Shown one piece after another: positions 23,914 through 36,799 of a DNA stretch of 64,000 nucleotides. The notes below the pieces were generated by a model that saw nothing but the letters and a program-made list of their open reading frames with translations, did not search any database and was not told the DNA's origin. The stretch is taken from NCBI RefSeq assembly GCF_001194135.2, contig NC_068990.1, positions 10,894,383 to 10,958,382 of the forward strand. The letters are read 5' to 3'. The stretch is from Octopus bimaculoides (lineage: Eukaryota). The first letter of the stretch is position 1. The number at the start of each line of letters is the position of its first letter. The position numbers and the translations under genes were made by a program.

Positions 23914-24744
23914 NNNNNNNNNNNNNNNNNNNNNNNNNNNNNNNNNNNNNNNNNNNNNNNNNNNNNNNNNNNNNNNNNNNNNNNNNNNNNNNNNNNNNNN
24001 NNNNNNNNNNNNNNNNNNNNNNNNNNNNNNNNNNNNNNNNNNNNNNNNNNNNNNNNNNNNNNNNNNNNNNNNNNNNNNNNNNNNNNNNNNNNNNNNNNNN
24101 NNNNNNNNNNNNNNNNNNNNNNNNNNNNNNNNNNNNNNNNNNNNNNNNNNNNNNNNNNNNNNNNNNNNNNNNNNNNNNNNNNNNNNNNNNNNNNNNNNNN
24201 NNNNNNNNNNNNNNNNNNNNNNNNNNNNNNNNNNNNNNNNNNNNNNNNNNNNNNNNNNNNNNNNNNNNNNNNNNNNNNNNNNNNNNNNNNNNNNNNNNNN
24301 NNNNNNCACATGTATACATATGTGTAGATGTATATATATATAGATGTACATGTAATATGTACACATATATACATATATATACGTGTGTTTGGGTGCGTGT
24401 GTGTATATACATCTCTATATATAAAGATGATGCGTAGTCTAGACGGCGTTTTTAGATTTCATTATTCTCTTTAATGATATTCGGAGTAAGAGCAAGACTG
24501 ACAATTTAACTTATCAACCCAAAATAGGATGAAGTTAAAACTGGCGTCGGTGGCGCTTGAACGCAGAATATGAAGACTCTAAACCAGACGATTCTTCTGG
24601 CGTTCTGATAATTCACCTTCGAATCTGCAAATAATGGTCTAAAATTTCATTTGAATCAAATTCAGTTTGCATCCATTGAGACATGTAAAAACTATTACAT
24701 ACTGAGAGCAATATCCTCCAAGCAATAGAATAGTGGTTTCAAAT

Positions 24745-24935
24745 TTTAGCACAAAGCTAGCAATTTCGGAGGAGAGGTATGTCGGTTATATCTACCCCAG
24801 TGTTCAACTGGTACCTATTTTATCTATCCCGAAAGGATGAATGGCAAAGTCGACCTCGGTGGAATATGAACTCAGAACGTAAAGACGAACCAAATACCAC
24901 TAGGCATTTTGTCCAGTGTCTTAACAGTTCTGCCA
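24745..24935 (-). mobile_element. tRNA-derived SINE (family A)
   Basis: Reverse match to head, gtcgactttgccattcatcctttcgggatagataaa and gtaccagttgaacactgggg. Confidence 0.85.
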
Positions 24936-27809
24936 GCATACAACCTTATAGACTATTAAAAATGAAATTAGTAACCCCAAAGTAGCTGTTGCTTGAGCCT
25001 AGATTATACCTAATCGAGCAAATCTATGATGAAAGAAATTCCATACTTTTTGTAGCTATCTAGAACCTTAATTTGTACAGCTCTCGTTTTTAAGAAGATT
25101 TGAGGGATATGTTGGTTTTACTTTTAGCTAATATTCCCCCGTCAGACATTGTCCCTCAGGAAAACAATCAAACGGAATATTTTTAAAGTTTTTATTCCTT
25201 CATTATCAGTTGAAATCGTATCAGTTAAGACTTGGCTTTCCCTATCCAGATGACTATAAGTTCCATTAATAATATGTAGTTTACACAAGAAACTTGTATA
25301 CTAATATACGGTAGTCAGCTTTGATTTGATGATGTTAAAATATCTAACTACATGGCTATAGTTCGTCCTAGTACTTTTAAGCGTGATAATATTTCCAGAC
25401 GGACATGTAAGGTATCTATAATATGTAAAACTAAACAGTAGTATCCATATATTTAGACATCATTGTAGTTGTTAAATTTCAGTCATGGACATAATACAGG
25501 CAGCTGTACCACATTGCTCTCTAAATTATTCCTTTGTACGTTGTCAAAATATTCATTTTCGAACAAATAATTACAAAAGAAATATACAAAGAAAAGAATG
25601 GGAGAAACAAATTGAAAACATGAATCTTTATGTTCCAGCGACACTAAATTACATAAATAATATATTGAAAAGCATTGGAAGTTCATAAAAGTAAATTTTA
25701 AGAACGGGTGTATAATAACAAGAACAAACTATTCCAAAACGAACAAATTTATAAAAATAAGCTTTAAAATGTAACGAAACATGAGAACTATAAAAACAAA
25801 GAAAGAAAGGTATATTTGAAAAATAAAATAGTTGTTTATTCTTGTTCCATTTATTATTTAATCGTAATTCCAACAAAATGATTATTATTTAATCGTTTTA
25901 TGTTGGATGACAGAATCGCTACAGCGACGAAGAAAATTCATTGCACTATTAATGTATGAAATTATAAACACGTTGTACAGACTAAATCATTAAACGCTAG
26001 AACAACACATTTGATATTTTACCTGCTCTTTAAGTTTCGTTATCAAATAACTCTGAGTTAATGTTTGAAGTTCATCCATTTAGGGTCGATAGAATAGAGT
26101 ATTAAGGCTGATGAAATTCACTAAATACCCCCTTTCAAAACAGAAGACTTTGTAGTTTAAAATAGAGACCCGCAGTAACAGCAGCAGTAGTAGTTACTTA
26201 ACACAATATGCAATCAGAGAGCACCTGATGAACTGGAATATATCCACGCTTTGTTTTATGTAATTTATGTAATTATTTTGATGTAGGTTATTAGGTTTTT
26301 GAATTCACGAAAGCTGATTTGACGAATCGGTTTGAGGATTTTGGAAATATTTAAATAAGCTTTGTTAACGCAAAACAATGTGCGTTACTTCTGAATTTGC
26401 TGTAAGGCGTACTTTCCAAGAATCTGGTAGTTGAGTACATGTTCTCAATAATTTCGCTTATAATTTTGTTGAGATTAGAAAATATAAAAGAGATGATAAA
26501 AATATCTTATGGAAATTAAGCAAGATACTCAAAATCAGACATTAACAGTTTGGAAAACACACAGAACGCTAATATATTTGCAATTTAAAACCGATATTGG
26601 TGATAGCGGAAATGTGCATAACGCTACAATACCAAAGTTAATTTTAGCAATGTCTTGAGAAATGAACTGTAAATGCAAAAGCTCACCTAAAATATATCGA
26701 AAAATTATGCAACCAAGTTTCTGCCTCCGTGGTTTTACAATTTTATCGGCGAAAGATCAGTATGATAAATTACATACTTGACTATCTGAGAAAGAATATC
26801 GGTATCAGAGCAGCTTCAAAGAATTTACATTAAGCTCTGGTGAGTCTATGGGGTAATACGATCAGTGTTTAATAGGGGATGTGGGGCTATGTACTTCATT
26901 CTATGACTCGAAGATGTGGTAAGATATCATGGTTAGTTGGTGTTCTACGCTCCGTTCAGACACTAGGACTGTAACATAGAGTAAAACAGATACAAAAGAC
27001 ACCGTCAGGAACGATGATGCAGAAACTTTTTTTTAAATATGGCACAATACAAGCAGGTTTCAAGCATCAAATAGAAAGAAATGTCGCATTCTTGGACAGC
27101 GTCAGCTTAGGCCTGCAGCTTCCAGGGACCCACAAAATAAAATACTGCCATCCCGGAGCTTTAATTCAACGTGTATGAAGAGGCGACACCAAGTACTAAA
27201 ATGTAGAGAGTCGAGATGTTATATTTGTGGAAGTATGGACTATGTGAGGGCATTTTCTCCAAAGAGGTAAAAAGTTGTGTAGGATAGGAGGGACAGCAAT
27301 AATAAAAGACAACATGCGATTTTGACAACACAACACACTTCACAGATTTGAGAATGGATGAGGTAACTGCCTCGAATTTTCTCTGCTTTTCTGCTATGGA
27401 AACTATAATATCTTTGCTTGCTTCTCTTTAAAGAGTGAAGAAAACCTGATAATCCGTTTTATAATTTTCCCGAGAGGGAAGTACGCATTGTATAATACAG
27501 CTTGAAGGCAGGGCAATAAAGGCTATTATCGGTATATGACTTTTGAATGCGATTTGACGTAGGCTGAATACTGGCTATTCAACGAAAAACTAACTAGTGC
27601 TGAATATGTCATGACAGAACATTCAATTATCTGTCAACTGAATTCCTAGCGCCACATGGCACGAAGATTACTCTGAATAATGCGGCCGTGGTATGTGTGC
27701 GTGTGTGTGTGCGTGCGTCAGTTTGCATAACTTTGTAACTACGTAGTTTTGTGTTCAGTATTATTCCGTAGCGCCTTCAACAAATATATATTCCAGAGAC
27801 CAAAATGAA

Positions 27810-27990
27810 TTGGCAGAATCGTTTCCACACAGGGCAAAACGATTAACGGCATTTCTTCCTTTTTCGAGTTCTGACTTCAAACGCCAGCAGGGTCGTTTTC
27901 ACCTTTCATCCTTTCGGAGTTGATACAATAAGTAGCAGTTGAGCACTGGGGTAATCGACTTACACCCAAATTCACCTTGTCAGTGAATTT
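27810..27990 (+). mobile_element. Degenerate tRNA-derived SINE (family A)
   Basis: ttggcagaatcgtt...cctttcatcctttcggagttgatacaataagtagcagttgagcactgggg. Confidence 0.8.
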
Positions 27991-28033
27991 AGTCGACGAA
28001 AACTGTATGAAAGACCGCCATATGGGTGTTGTA

Positions 28034-28079
<46 letters not shown>

Positions 28080-28803
28080 TGAGTATACGCACTTGCGTAT
28101 TGTGGTGTTTGTTTCTGCATCGGTTGACACCTGCTGTTAATTTGCGGACGTCCACCTATCAAAGAGGCCCAGCAACACAGCTCTATAGAATAAGTACCTG
28201 AGCTATACAAATACGAGACAGCAGTTGATCCATTCAGTTGCACCATGTAAGGCGAGGCGGCTGTGTGTTGTTCGCTGTCTAATGACTGTAAGAGGTAAAG
28301 ACTATGTATTTGTGAGCGTGTTCGTGAGTGTGTGCGCGCGTTTATACCTGTGTGCGTGCGGGGGTGTATGTGCGTGTACGTGTGTGTGCTCGTGTATGCA
28401 TTTGTTTGTGTGTGCGCGCATGTGATTGTGTGCGTGTAACTCTGTGTATTTTTATGTGTGTATGTGTGTATATATGCGTGTGAGTGTGTATACCTTCCAC
28501 AGCTGAAGCATAAACACAACAAAGGAACAAATGTAAAATTCAAACAAGACACGTGCGCTGCTCTTTTCCCGTCATTTATCGTTCAAACATCCTTCTCGAT
28601 TTCACGCATTCAACGATGATATCGTGTACTTTGGTGGCGTGAAAGGCGAAAAGCTGGTGGGAAGCGCGAGCGATTTTTGAAGACAGTGACGAAAACAAAC
28701 AAGACACGGAGATGTGATTATACAAACAAAATCAATATAAAATATACAAAACAAGTCTGTGCAGCTCCGCAGTGGGGCGTATATATTAGTAACCCAAATT
28801 AAA

Positions 28804-28844
28804 ATGTCCTATAGAAGTGGAAACGAGGAGATAAATGGAAAAAA
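28804..28844 (+). CDS. Possible first coding exon MSYRSGNEEINGK after a CpG-rich stretch
   Basis: AAAATGT start context, in-frame upstream stop, donor AA|GTAAGC. No downstream exon was linked with confidence. Confidence 0.22.
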
Positions 28845-30270
28845 GTAAGCGAAAGATGAAAACATGGNNNNNNNNNNNNNNNNNNNNNNNNNNNNNNNNN
28901 NNNNNNNNNNNNNNNNNNNNNNNNNNNNNNNNNNNNNNNNNNNNNNNNNNNNNNNNNNNNNNNNNNNNNNNNNNNNNNNNNNNNNNNNNNNNNNNNNNNN
29001 NNNNNNNNNNNNNNNNNNNNNNNNNNNNNNNNNNNNNNNNNNNNNNNNNNNNNNNNNNNNNNNNNNNNNNNNNNNNNNNNNNNNNNNNNNNNNNNNNNNN
29101 NNNNNNNNNNNNNNNNNNNNNNNNNNNNNNNNNNNNNNNNNNNNNNNNNNNNNNNNNNNNNNNNNNNNNNNNNNNNNNNNNNNNNNNNNNNNNNNNNNNN
29201 NNNNNNNNNNNNNNNNNNNNNNNNNNNNNNNNNNNNNNNNNNNNNNNNNNNNNNNNNNNNNNNNNNNNNNNNNNNNNNNNNNNNNNNNNNNNNNNNNNNN
29301 NNNNNNNNNNNNNNNNNNNNNNNNNNNNNNNNNNNNNNNNNNNNNNNNNNNNNNNNNNNNNNNNNNNNNNNNNNNNNNNNNNNNNNNNNNNNNNNNNNNN
29401 NNNNNNNNNNNNNNNNNNNNNNNNNNNNNNNNNNNNNNNNNNNNNNNNNNNNNNNNNNNNNNNNNNNNNNNNNNNNNNNNNNNNNNNNNNNNNNNNNNNN
29501 NNNNNNNNNNNNNNNNNNNNNNNNNNNNNNNNNNNNNNNNNNNNNNNNNNNNNNNNNNNNNNNNNNNNNNNNNNNNNNNNNNNNNNNNNNNNNNNNNNNN
29601 NNNNNNNNNNNNNNNNNNNNNNNNNNNNNNNNNNNNNNNNNNNNNNNNNNNNNNNNNNNNNNNNNNNNNNNNNNNNNNNNNNNNNNATATATATATATAT
29701 ATATATATAGGTGAGGACGTCAACAACAGTAAGCAACATGAACTGCGAAACCAAATAGAAAACAAGACAAGTAACACAAAGAACGACCATTCATTAGTTG
29801 TCGGCTGTCTATCTACTCCTCATTTCGAGCACTGAACGACAACGTCAAAGACAGGTGCTCCCATAGATATCAAAATAAAATATGGGATTTATGGACGGTG
29901 AAAGTTGGGAACAAATACAGAACAGTGGAGACATACAAGGAAGCCGAACGAAAACAAACATGGAGGGTCGTTAGACCAGAACGAGCGTAAAATACCGAAC
30001 GCTGGAGAAATAGTTTCTTTGACAAGAGAAAAAATAGGAGAGAGATAGGATACGTGCAGTATTTAGGACGGTGCTGAAATAAAAGAAAGATGATCACGTG
30101 AGGAAAAGAAAGATGGACAATGGTTGCGTGTGAACAACAAGAGATAGAAAAGAAGAAAGAACGGGGGAGTGACAATTAGAAAACGGTGAAGGGGAGAAAA
30201 GGAGAATTAGAGAAAAGGATGTGAGAGGAAACGATGGGCAGAAAATAGTATAGAATTGAGTATACAGTAA

Positions 30271-30500
30271 GGAGGCGAACTGGCAGAAACGTTAGCGCGC
30301 TGGGTGAAATGCTTAGCGGTATTTCGTCTGCCACAACGTTCTGAGTTCAAATTTCGCCGAAGTCGACTTTGCCTTTCATCCTTTCGGGGTCGATTAAATA
30401 AGTACCAGTTACCCACTGGGGTCGATATAATCGACTTAATCCATTTTTCTGTCTATGTTTGTCCCCTCAGTGTGTAGCCCCTTGTGGGCAATAAAGAAAC
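30271..30500 (+). mobile_element. tRNA-derived SINE (family A), young-type tail
   Basis: Full head, central domain and tail ...tgtttgtcccctcagtgtgtagccccttgtgggcaataaagaaac. Confidence 0.92.
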
Positions 30501-30507
30501 AAGAAAA

Positions 30508-30585
30508 CAAGGTGCCACGCAGTGTGACTAAACCCAGAACCATGTTGTTCGTAAGCAAGCTACTTACCATACAGCCATTCCTGAA
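30508..30585 (-). mobile_element. 5' fragment of CORE-type SINE
   Basis: Minus strand reads aggaatggctgtatggtaagtagcttgc..ggtttagtcacactgcgtggcaccttg (tRNA-like head plus start of CORE). Confidence 0.8.
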
Positions 30586-30659
<74 letters not shown>

Positions 30660-31922
30660 TATATCATCAGAGATATACAAAATAATTTCCAGGGAATGAT
30701 CATTCCTTTTTGATGTAAATAATTTTCTGTAGGGTCAAAAAATGTTATATAAACGTGTATTGACCTCTGTTTCTTTTGTTTGTTTTCTTTAAATTTTTAT
30801 CATTAATCTTTTTTTTATTATTATCATTATTATTGAAGCATTACGTTTTTGTCCAAGTGTGGTTTATTTATTTACTATAATCTGTAAGAATTATAAATTA
30901 GAATTATCAGCAAGTCAACCGTTGATGCACAATTCAAAAACACCTTCCAGCTGGATATTAATATTTTTACATTTTTTTTTAACTGACATAATTATAAAAA
31001 TAAACTGTAGTCAGATGACAAAAATAACAATAGCAGATTATTCCAGAAACACGTAAGCATGCGCACAAAAATAAGAGCCGTTAAATATAATGAAGGGAAC
31101 ACAACACGCAATAATTAATATGAATACTTAAAGTGATACACAGGGGAAAAAAATTGCAATTGACAAATCAAAGTTTTATACTGACAGGAAAGCGTTTTTA
31201 AAAGATCGGATATTTTTTAGCGTACTGTGATATGTGCTCGAATGCCATAATCCATTAACACATTTTTTGGAATATGCGTCAAGGGAAGAAAAATATCTGC
31301 TGCTCAAACCATAGGATCATTGCAAGACGGTACATGAGAAAAATACCAGACGATGTCGAGTAATAAATTTTGAAAGGTAACAGCACACCACAGCAACATA
31401 CACAAATGAAAAAAAATCTCATCATTACTGATTTATAGAAAATGGTAGAGACTTCGTAATTGTTCCAATGGTGAGAAACAGAGCAGCTTCGCATTAAATA
31501 TAATGTCGAAATCAGTGAATTTCAGAGAGGGATTCTCAATTAGAGGAATCTATAAAACAGTTTTAACTGTCCAACGTTACGGAAAATCTCCGAATTAAAT
31601 ATTTAATGCATATGATGTTCACAACAACATGCCTTCTCAGGAGAAACTAATTTTTGATCGCATTTTAAATGTTGCAAGTCTAAGAATACGTTGCATGAGA
31701 TACACAGTTGAATCATCTAGCAACAATACCCGTTCAGCTGTGATGGTTTGAAACAACGAAAAGCACAAACACGTATAAATGTATATACACACAGCCATAA
31801 GTAAATTTATCTAACACACGACACGCATTTGTATATATATTTGTAGGTGTGTGTGTATGTGTGTATGCGCATTACATATTAATACATATATATGTGTGTG
31901 TGTGTGTATATATATATATAAA

Positions 31923-31967
<45 letters not shown>

Positions 31968-31971
<4 letters not shown>

Positions 31972-32120
31972 ACACATCCTCTCCCATGCTACATCCCATG
32001 AGAATCGTGGCCTCAATGGCATGCGGCAGTAGGGTTTTCACCACTACTCGCGTTCCGTTGCAGAACATTGGTGGCTCCGAATTCCTACAAAGCATGACTG
32101 GAGCACCAAGTTTGAGACAC
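31968..32120 (-). mobile_element. Helitron helicase fragment
   Basis: CLKLGAPVMLCRNSEPPMFCNGTRVVVKTLLPHAIEATILMGCSMGEDVFI matches PIF1-type LKxGxPxMLLRNLDPPxLCNGTR..IEATIL. Confidence 0.9.
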
Positions 32121-32663
32121 AATGTATGTGTGTATCGATATGTGTATATATGTGCGTGTATATACATATGTGTGTGTATATATATATATGTATATATANN
32201 NNNNNNNNNNNNNNNNNNNNNNNNNNNNNNNNNNNNNNNNNNNNNNNNNNNNNNNNNNNNNNNNNNNNNNNNNNNNNNNNNNNNNNNNNNNNNNNNNNNN
32301 NNNNNNNNNNNNNNNNNNNNNNNNNNNNNNNNNNNNNNNNNNNNNNNNNNNNNNNNNNNNNNNNNNNNNNNNNNNNNNNNNNNNNNNNNNNNNNNNNNNN
32401 NNNNNNNNNNNNNNNNNNNNNNNNNNNNNNNNNNNNNNNNNNNNNNNNNNNNNNNNNNNNNNNNNNNNNNNNNNNNNNNNNNNNNNNNNNNNNNNNNNNN
32501 NNNNNNNNNNNNNNNNNNNNNNNNNNNNNNNNNNNNNNNNNNNNNNNNNNNNNNNNNNNNNNNNNNNNNNNNNNNNNNNNNNNNNNNNNNNNNNNNNNNN
32601 NNNNNNNNNNNNNNNNNNNNNNNNNNNNNNNNNNNNNNNNNNNNNNNNNNNNNNNNNNNNNNN

Positions 32664-32719
32664 NGGGAAAGTAGGAGTCCAAGGGAGATAATTCCACGCA
32701 AAATATCGTCTTTGTTTTA

Positions 32720-32758
<39 letters not shown>

Positions 32759-33570
32759 TGAAAAGCGTGGAGGTGTACTTGTAAAATTACGCGTGACGTA
32801 AGATGCAGAATCCGCATTCGGTAAGTCGACGGGCGCCAGCTTTTGGCTAGGAAGTGCCAAAGTGGTGCCATACAAGAGTTCCTCAGAGGAGTTGCCTAAA
32901 TCCTCCTTAACAGCTGAGCAGCAACCCAGCAGAACAATGGGGAGAAAGTCAGACCAACGATGAGGATCAGGAGTAGCACAGATAACTAGCGATGAAACCC
33001 TTCTACCATGCCGTTCGCGATGAGGTGGTAACTAGTGCTGTGGATGTGCTGAACTCCGAGCAATCTCGAAAGCTCATGAAACAGACAAGCTTCAAACTGG
33101 TGTCCACGGTCGGTGGTACTTCTAGAGGATAATTCTTAGAGGCGATCCACACGGAGATGTGGGCTCTGGCGACCGATTCCGCGGAAATGTCCACAAGTTG
33201 GATGGCTGCAGGCCATCTGGAGATCGGTCGCTGCAGGTCAAGAACCTGGCGTCCAGTGGCTGAAAGTGCTCAAGGGGCGCTCGCACGTGACGATGAACCT
33301 TGGAACCCTGACACTGGAGGCAGGCACGTGACCAAACAGTAATAGAGCGACGCACATTCGGCCAGATAAAGCGGGCTGAGATAATGCTTGGGTGCAACAG
33401 CGAATGTAGAGCATCAAAAATAGGATGACGGTGATGTTCAGGATCGAGTAGTCGGGGTGACTCGGTAGAAACATCGCAGAGGATGGTTCCTTCAGAAAAA
33501 GGCAGAGGCAGTTGTTCAAACTTGCAGCAGGAAAACTGTGGTGAAGAGACTTCCAGAGAGTCCTAGGTGG
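32664..33570 (-). mobile_element. Gypsy LTR retrotransposon integrase remnant with frameshifts
   Basis: ILCDVST..IFDALHSLLHP..ISARFIWPNVRR..WSRACLQCQGSKVHRH (HHCC zinc region), DISAESVARA..SVWIA, and LPIVLLG..AVKEDLG..ELLYGTTLALP. Confidence 0.92.
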
Positions 33571-33746
33571 GATGGTCAGTAGCCATAGCAACCAAATTAA
33601 TCGAAGCAGGAGTCGACAACGCACAAATATGCAGGCCAACATCAGCACTGGGACCACTAGAACGTGTGATTTCGTCCATGCCTCGTCAATGTTGGACGCT
33701 CGGACAGCAGCGATTTCTTCCTATAGCAATATTTACAACCGCAGTA

Positions 33747-34340
33747 AGGCGACAGCTGGCAGAAACGTTAGCACATCAGGTGAAATGCTTAGCGGTGTTT
33801 CGTCTGCCGTTACGTTCTGAGTTCAAATTCTGCCGAGGTCGACTTTGCCTTTCATCCTTTCAGGTTCGATAAATTAAGTACCAGTTACGCACTGGGGTCG
33901 ATGTAATCGACTTAATCCCTTTGTCTGCCCTTGTTTGTCCTCTCTGTGTTTAGCCCCTTGTGGACAATAACGAAATAAGAAACGTCAGCACACCGGGCGA
34001 AATGCTTAGCGGTATTTCATCTGCCACCGCGTTCTGAGTTCAAATTCCGCTGAGGTCGACTTTGCCTTTCATCCTTTCGGGGTCGATAAATTAAGTACCA
34101 GTTACGCACTGGGGTCGATATAATCGACTTAATCTGTTTGTCTGTCCTTGTTTGTCCCCTCTGTGTGTAGCCCCTTGTGGGCAGTAAAGAAATAGGTATT
34201 TCATCTGTCTTTACGTTCTCACTTCAAATTCCGCAAAGGTAGATTTTGCCTTTCATCCTTTCGAATTCGATAAATTAAGTGTCAGTTGCGTACTGAAGTC
34301 GATCTAATTTCAGGCCTTGTGCCTAGAGTAGAAAAGAATA
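33747..34340 (+). mobile_element. Head-to-tail array of three family-A SINEs with progressive 5' truncation
   Basis: Copies at 33747-33979, 33979-34194 and 34195-34340. The first two share one tail type; the third has the caggccttgtgcc tail. Confidence 0.93.
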
Positions 34341-34566
34341 TTTGTAACCACAGTGCTAGAACATCTCTTTTTATGTCTATCATATAGTAAGACAAAGTGT
34401 GTGTTTATGAGAGTGTATGCTGATCCTCTTTTTTGCCTGATGAACGTGAGCAACTGCACTTAATTTGGTGTGTTTCATGCAAAATCAGCTGCTATTGAAC
34501 ATTCTATTAAATACAAAATCTTTCCAACGTTGTGATTCACACCAGTGTCAATGCATTATCTTCAAC

Positions 34567-34597
<31 letters not shown>

Positions 34598-34731
34598 TAT
34601 ATATACTTATATATATATATGCTTATATGTATCCATGTATTCATATATTCGCGTATGCCAGTATGTATTTGTGTATGCATACGTACGTGGATGTAGTTAA
34701 CAATAAATAAATATCTGCATGGGTAAATTAC

Positions 34732-34792
34732 CAGAATGTTTGTTTTTATTTATTATTTTCCGACGTTCATCGGATCTCCCAGTTTCTTCCAC
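34732..34792 (-). CDS. Exon candidate VEETGRSDERRKIINKNKHS (phase 0-1)
   Basis: Acceptor GTGTTTTATTGCAG and donor CTG|GTAATT. Only the phase-0 frame is open to the donor. Confidence 0.33.
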
Positions 34793-34926
34793 CTGCAATA
34801 AAACACTACTTCTACCACAAATTCTATGCAATAAAATCTCCTTTTAGAAATCATTAGCTTCATTAATGTCAACACTGTCGATAAAAATCATTGAACATAA
34901 TCATCGTCATCGTTATCAGCATCATT

Positions 34927-34957
<31 letters not shown>

Positions 34958-35545
34958 ACAGCGTCAGAATTATCTCCATAACATCATCTTCCTACACGCT
35001 CACATATGCACACACACACACGCGTACACACACGTATGCTTATGCAGAGGTACATATACATACATATGTATGGATGCGTATAGATATGCGTATGTGTGTG
35101 TTAATTCTTCGTTGTTTGCAAGTGCACCGATATTTTTCACATGCACATTTGCATTATCCATAATTCTAATCTCTCACCACTTTTCATCAATGTTGCTTCA
35201 ATGTTATATATCACGACCACCATCTACATCATCATCATCATCCACATAATTATCATTCATCAGCCTAATTCATTTAACATGGTTGAATTTTCATTTTTAA
35301 TCCTCTTCACGTTGCTAATACTTTTCCTTGTGCGCGTCCTCCTCCCTCTCATCATCATCATCGTCATTTTTGCTTTGTTTAATAACATTTTGGTTTATTT
35401 TATTATCTTCTGTTGTTTTTATTGCCTTTTTTAGGGGAATAAGTTTTATTTCATTTCCTTCAGCCGTTCACTAATTCCATTACTTCCTTTCCCTTTGGGT
35501 ATCTGTCTCTCTCCCTTTTTCTCTCTTTATCTCTCTCTCTACATA

Positions 35546-35606
<61 letters not shown>

Positions 35607-36799
35607 TAGTTTTGTCCTTCATCCCCCATTTCTCTTTCCGACTGCCTTTCATTCTGTCTTTGCTGGTTTATTTGTTTGCATACCTTTAACATACATCCAT
35701 ACACACAAATATACTCTCTCTCCCTCCCTCACCCCTCTCTGCCTCCTCTTTGTAAATCCTGCGAATCTATTTATGTATTACGTTGGGATTGCTTATGATT
35801 CCAGTTCGCATATACTTATTCTCTGGTTTCTTTTTACTTAGATTTGAATGATTTCCCTCATACTCCGAGAAGAATTTCATCATCTATTTGAATTAAAATT
35901 TCTATTGGGGTGTGTCTATTCCCGTGGAATCCTCTGACACTAATATCCGGCAGTTTAATCGTGATATCATTTAATAGTTGTTTTAGTATATCCTAAAATA
36001 TGAACACTTTCGTACTCTTTATGAACTTATCTAGTTTATTTTTTCTGTACAATTCCTGCTGTTTTTCGTAATGTTTTGGATGTTATCTTTCGGGTGTAAA
36101 TTCAGGTAAATATGAAAAATGGGTTTCATTGTTTCTTGCTAAACTCCATATATCTTGCAGTTAAAGCGTCTTACTTCATTTTGATTGTTTCTGGCCGAAA
36201 GAAATCTATGTTCTGCTTAAATCAAATCTAAGTTCCTAATCATGAACTCCTCAGCGTACATCAGTCAAGAGGATAGACTTTGCCTAATGTATAATATTTC
36301 CGCAAATTTGTTTGTTATTTCAACTTTCTTTTTTTTTTGCATTTGTTGGATTTGTTGAATACCAAAAGTAAACAATAAAACAATTAAACAATTGACAGAA
36401 CGTTATAAAAAAATGCTTTGCGGCTTTAATGTGGTCCATCGAAAAGAGGACATATGAAGCAGCAACAAAAATATAGTTACACGAAAATATTGCTTCAAAT
36501 GTTTCCCTGATCCCAAAGATGAATTAAAACTGAATAGAGTGCAACATTTTACGGATACAAGATAACAAGACGAACATCGAGGAAATGATCCCGGTTCTCA
36601 CTCATTATACAAATAACAGAAGATCACAACCAGTATTAATATATTATGGTTGCGGGGCAATAAGAAGGAGAGAAACAGGAAGCGATTTCAAATACTTTGG
36701 GAGAACAAGCAAAACGTAGGCGATAAAGAAGCAGCATGTACGTGGAGGGGAACATTTTACCAAGTGGATATTGAAATCTCAGTTCATCAGCTATGATCC

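Noticed and set aside
26195-26240. CUGAUGA hammerhead-like core
   Set aside because: No GAAA element and no stem I or III pairing.
28786-29835. Long ORFs of 290-400 aa here and at 31811-32871, 40979-42181 and 43041-44105
   Set aside because: They are made almost entirely of X from N runs plus microsatellite translations.
33747-34340. Repeat-like periodicity that could suggest a CRISPR array or tRNA gene cluster
   Set aside because: The units are about 200-bp SINEs with tRNA-like heads; there are no short repeat-spacer units and no full cloverleaf.
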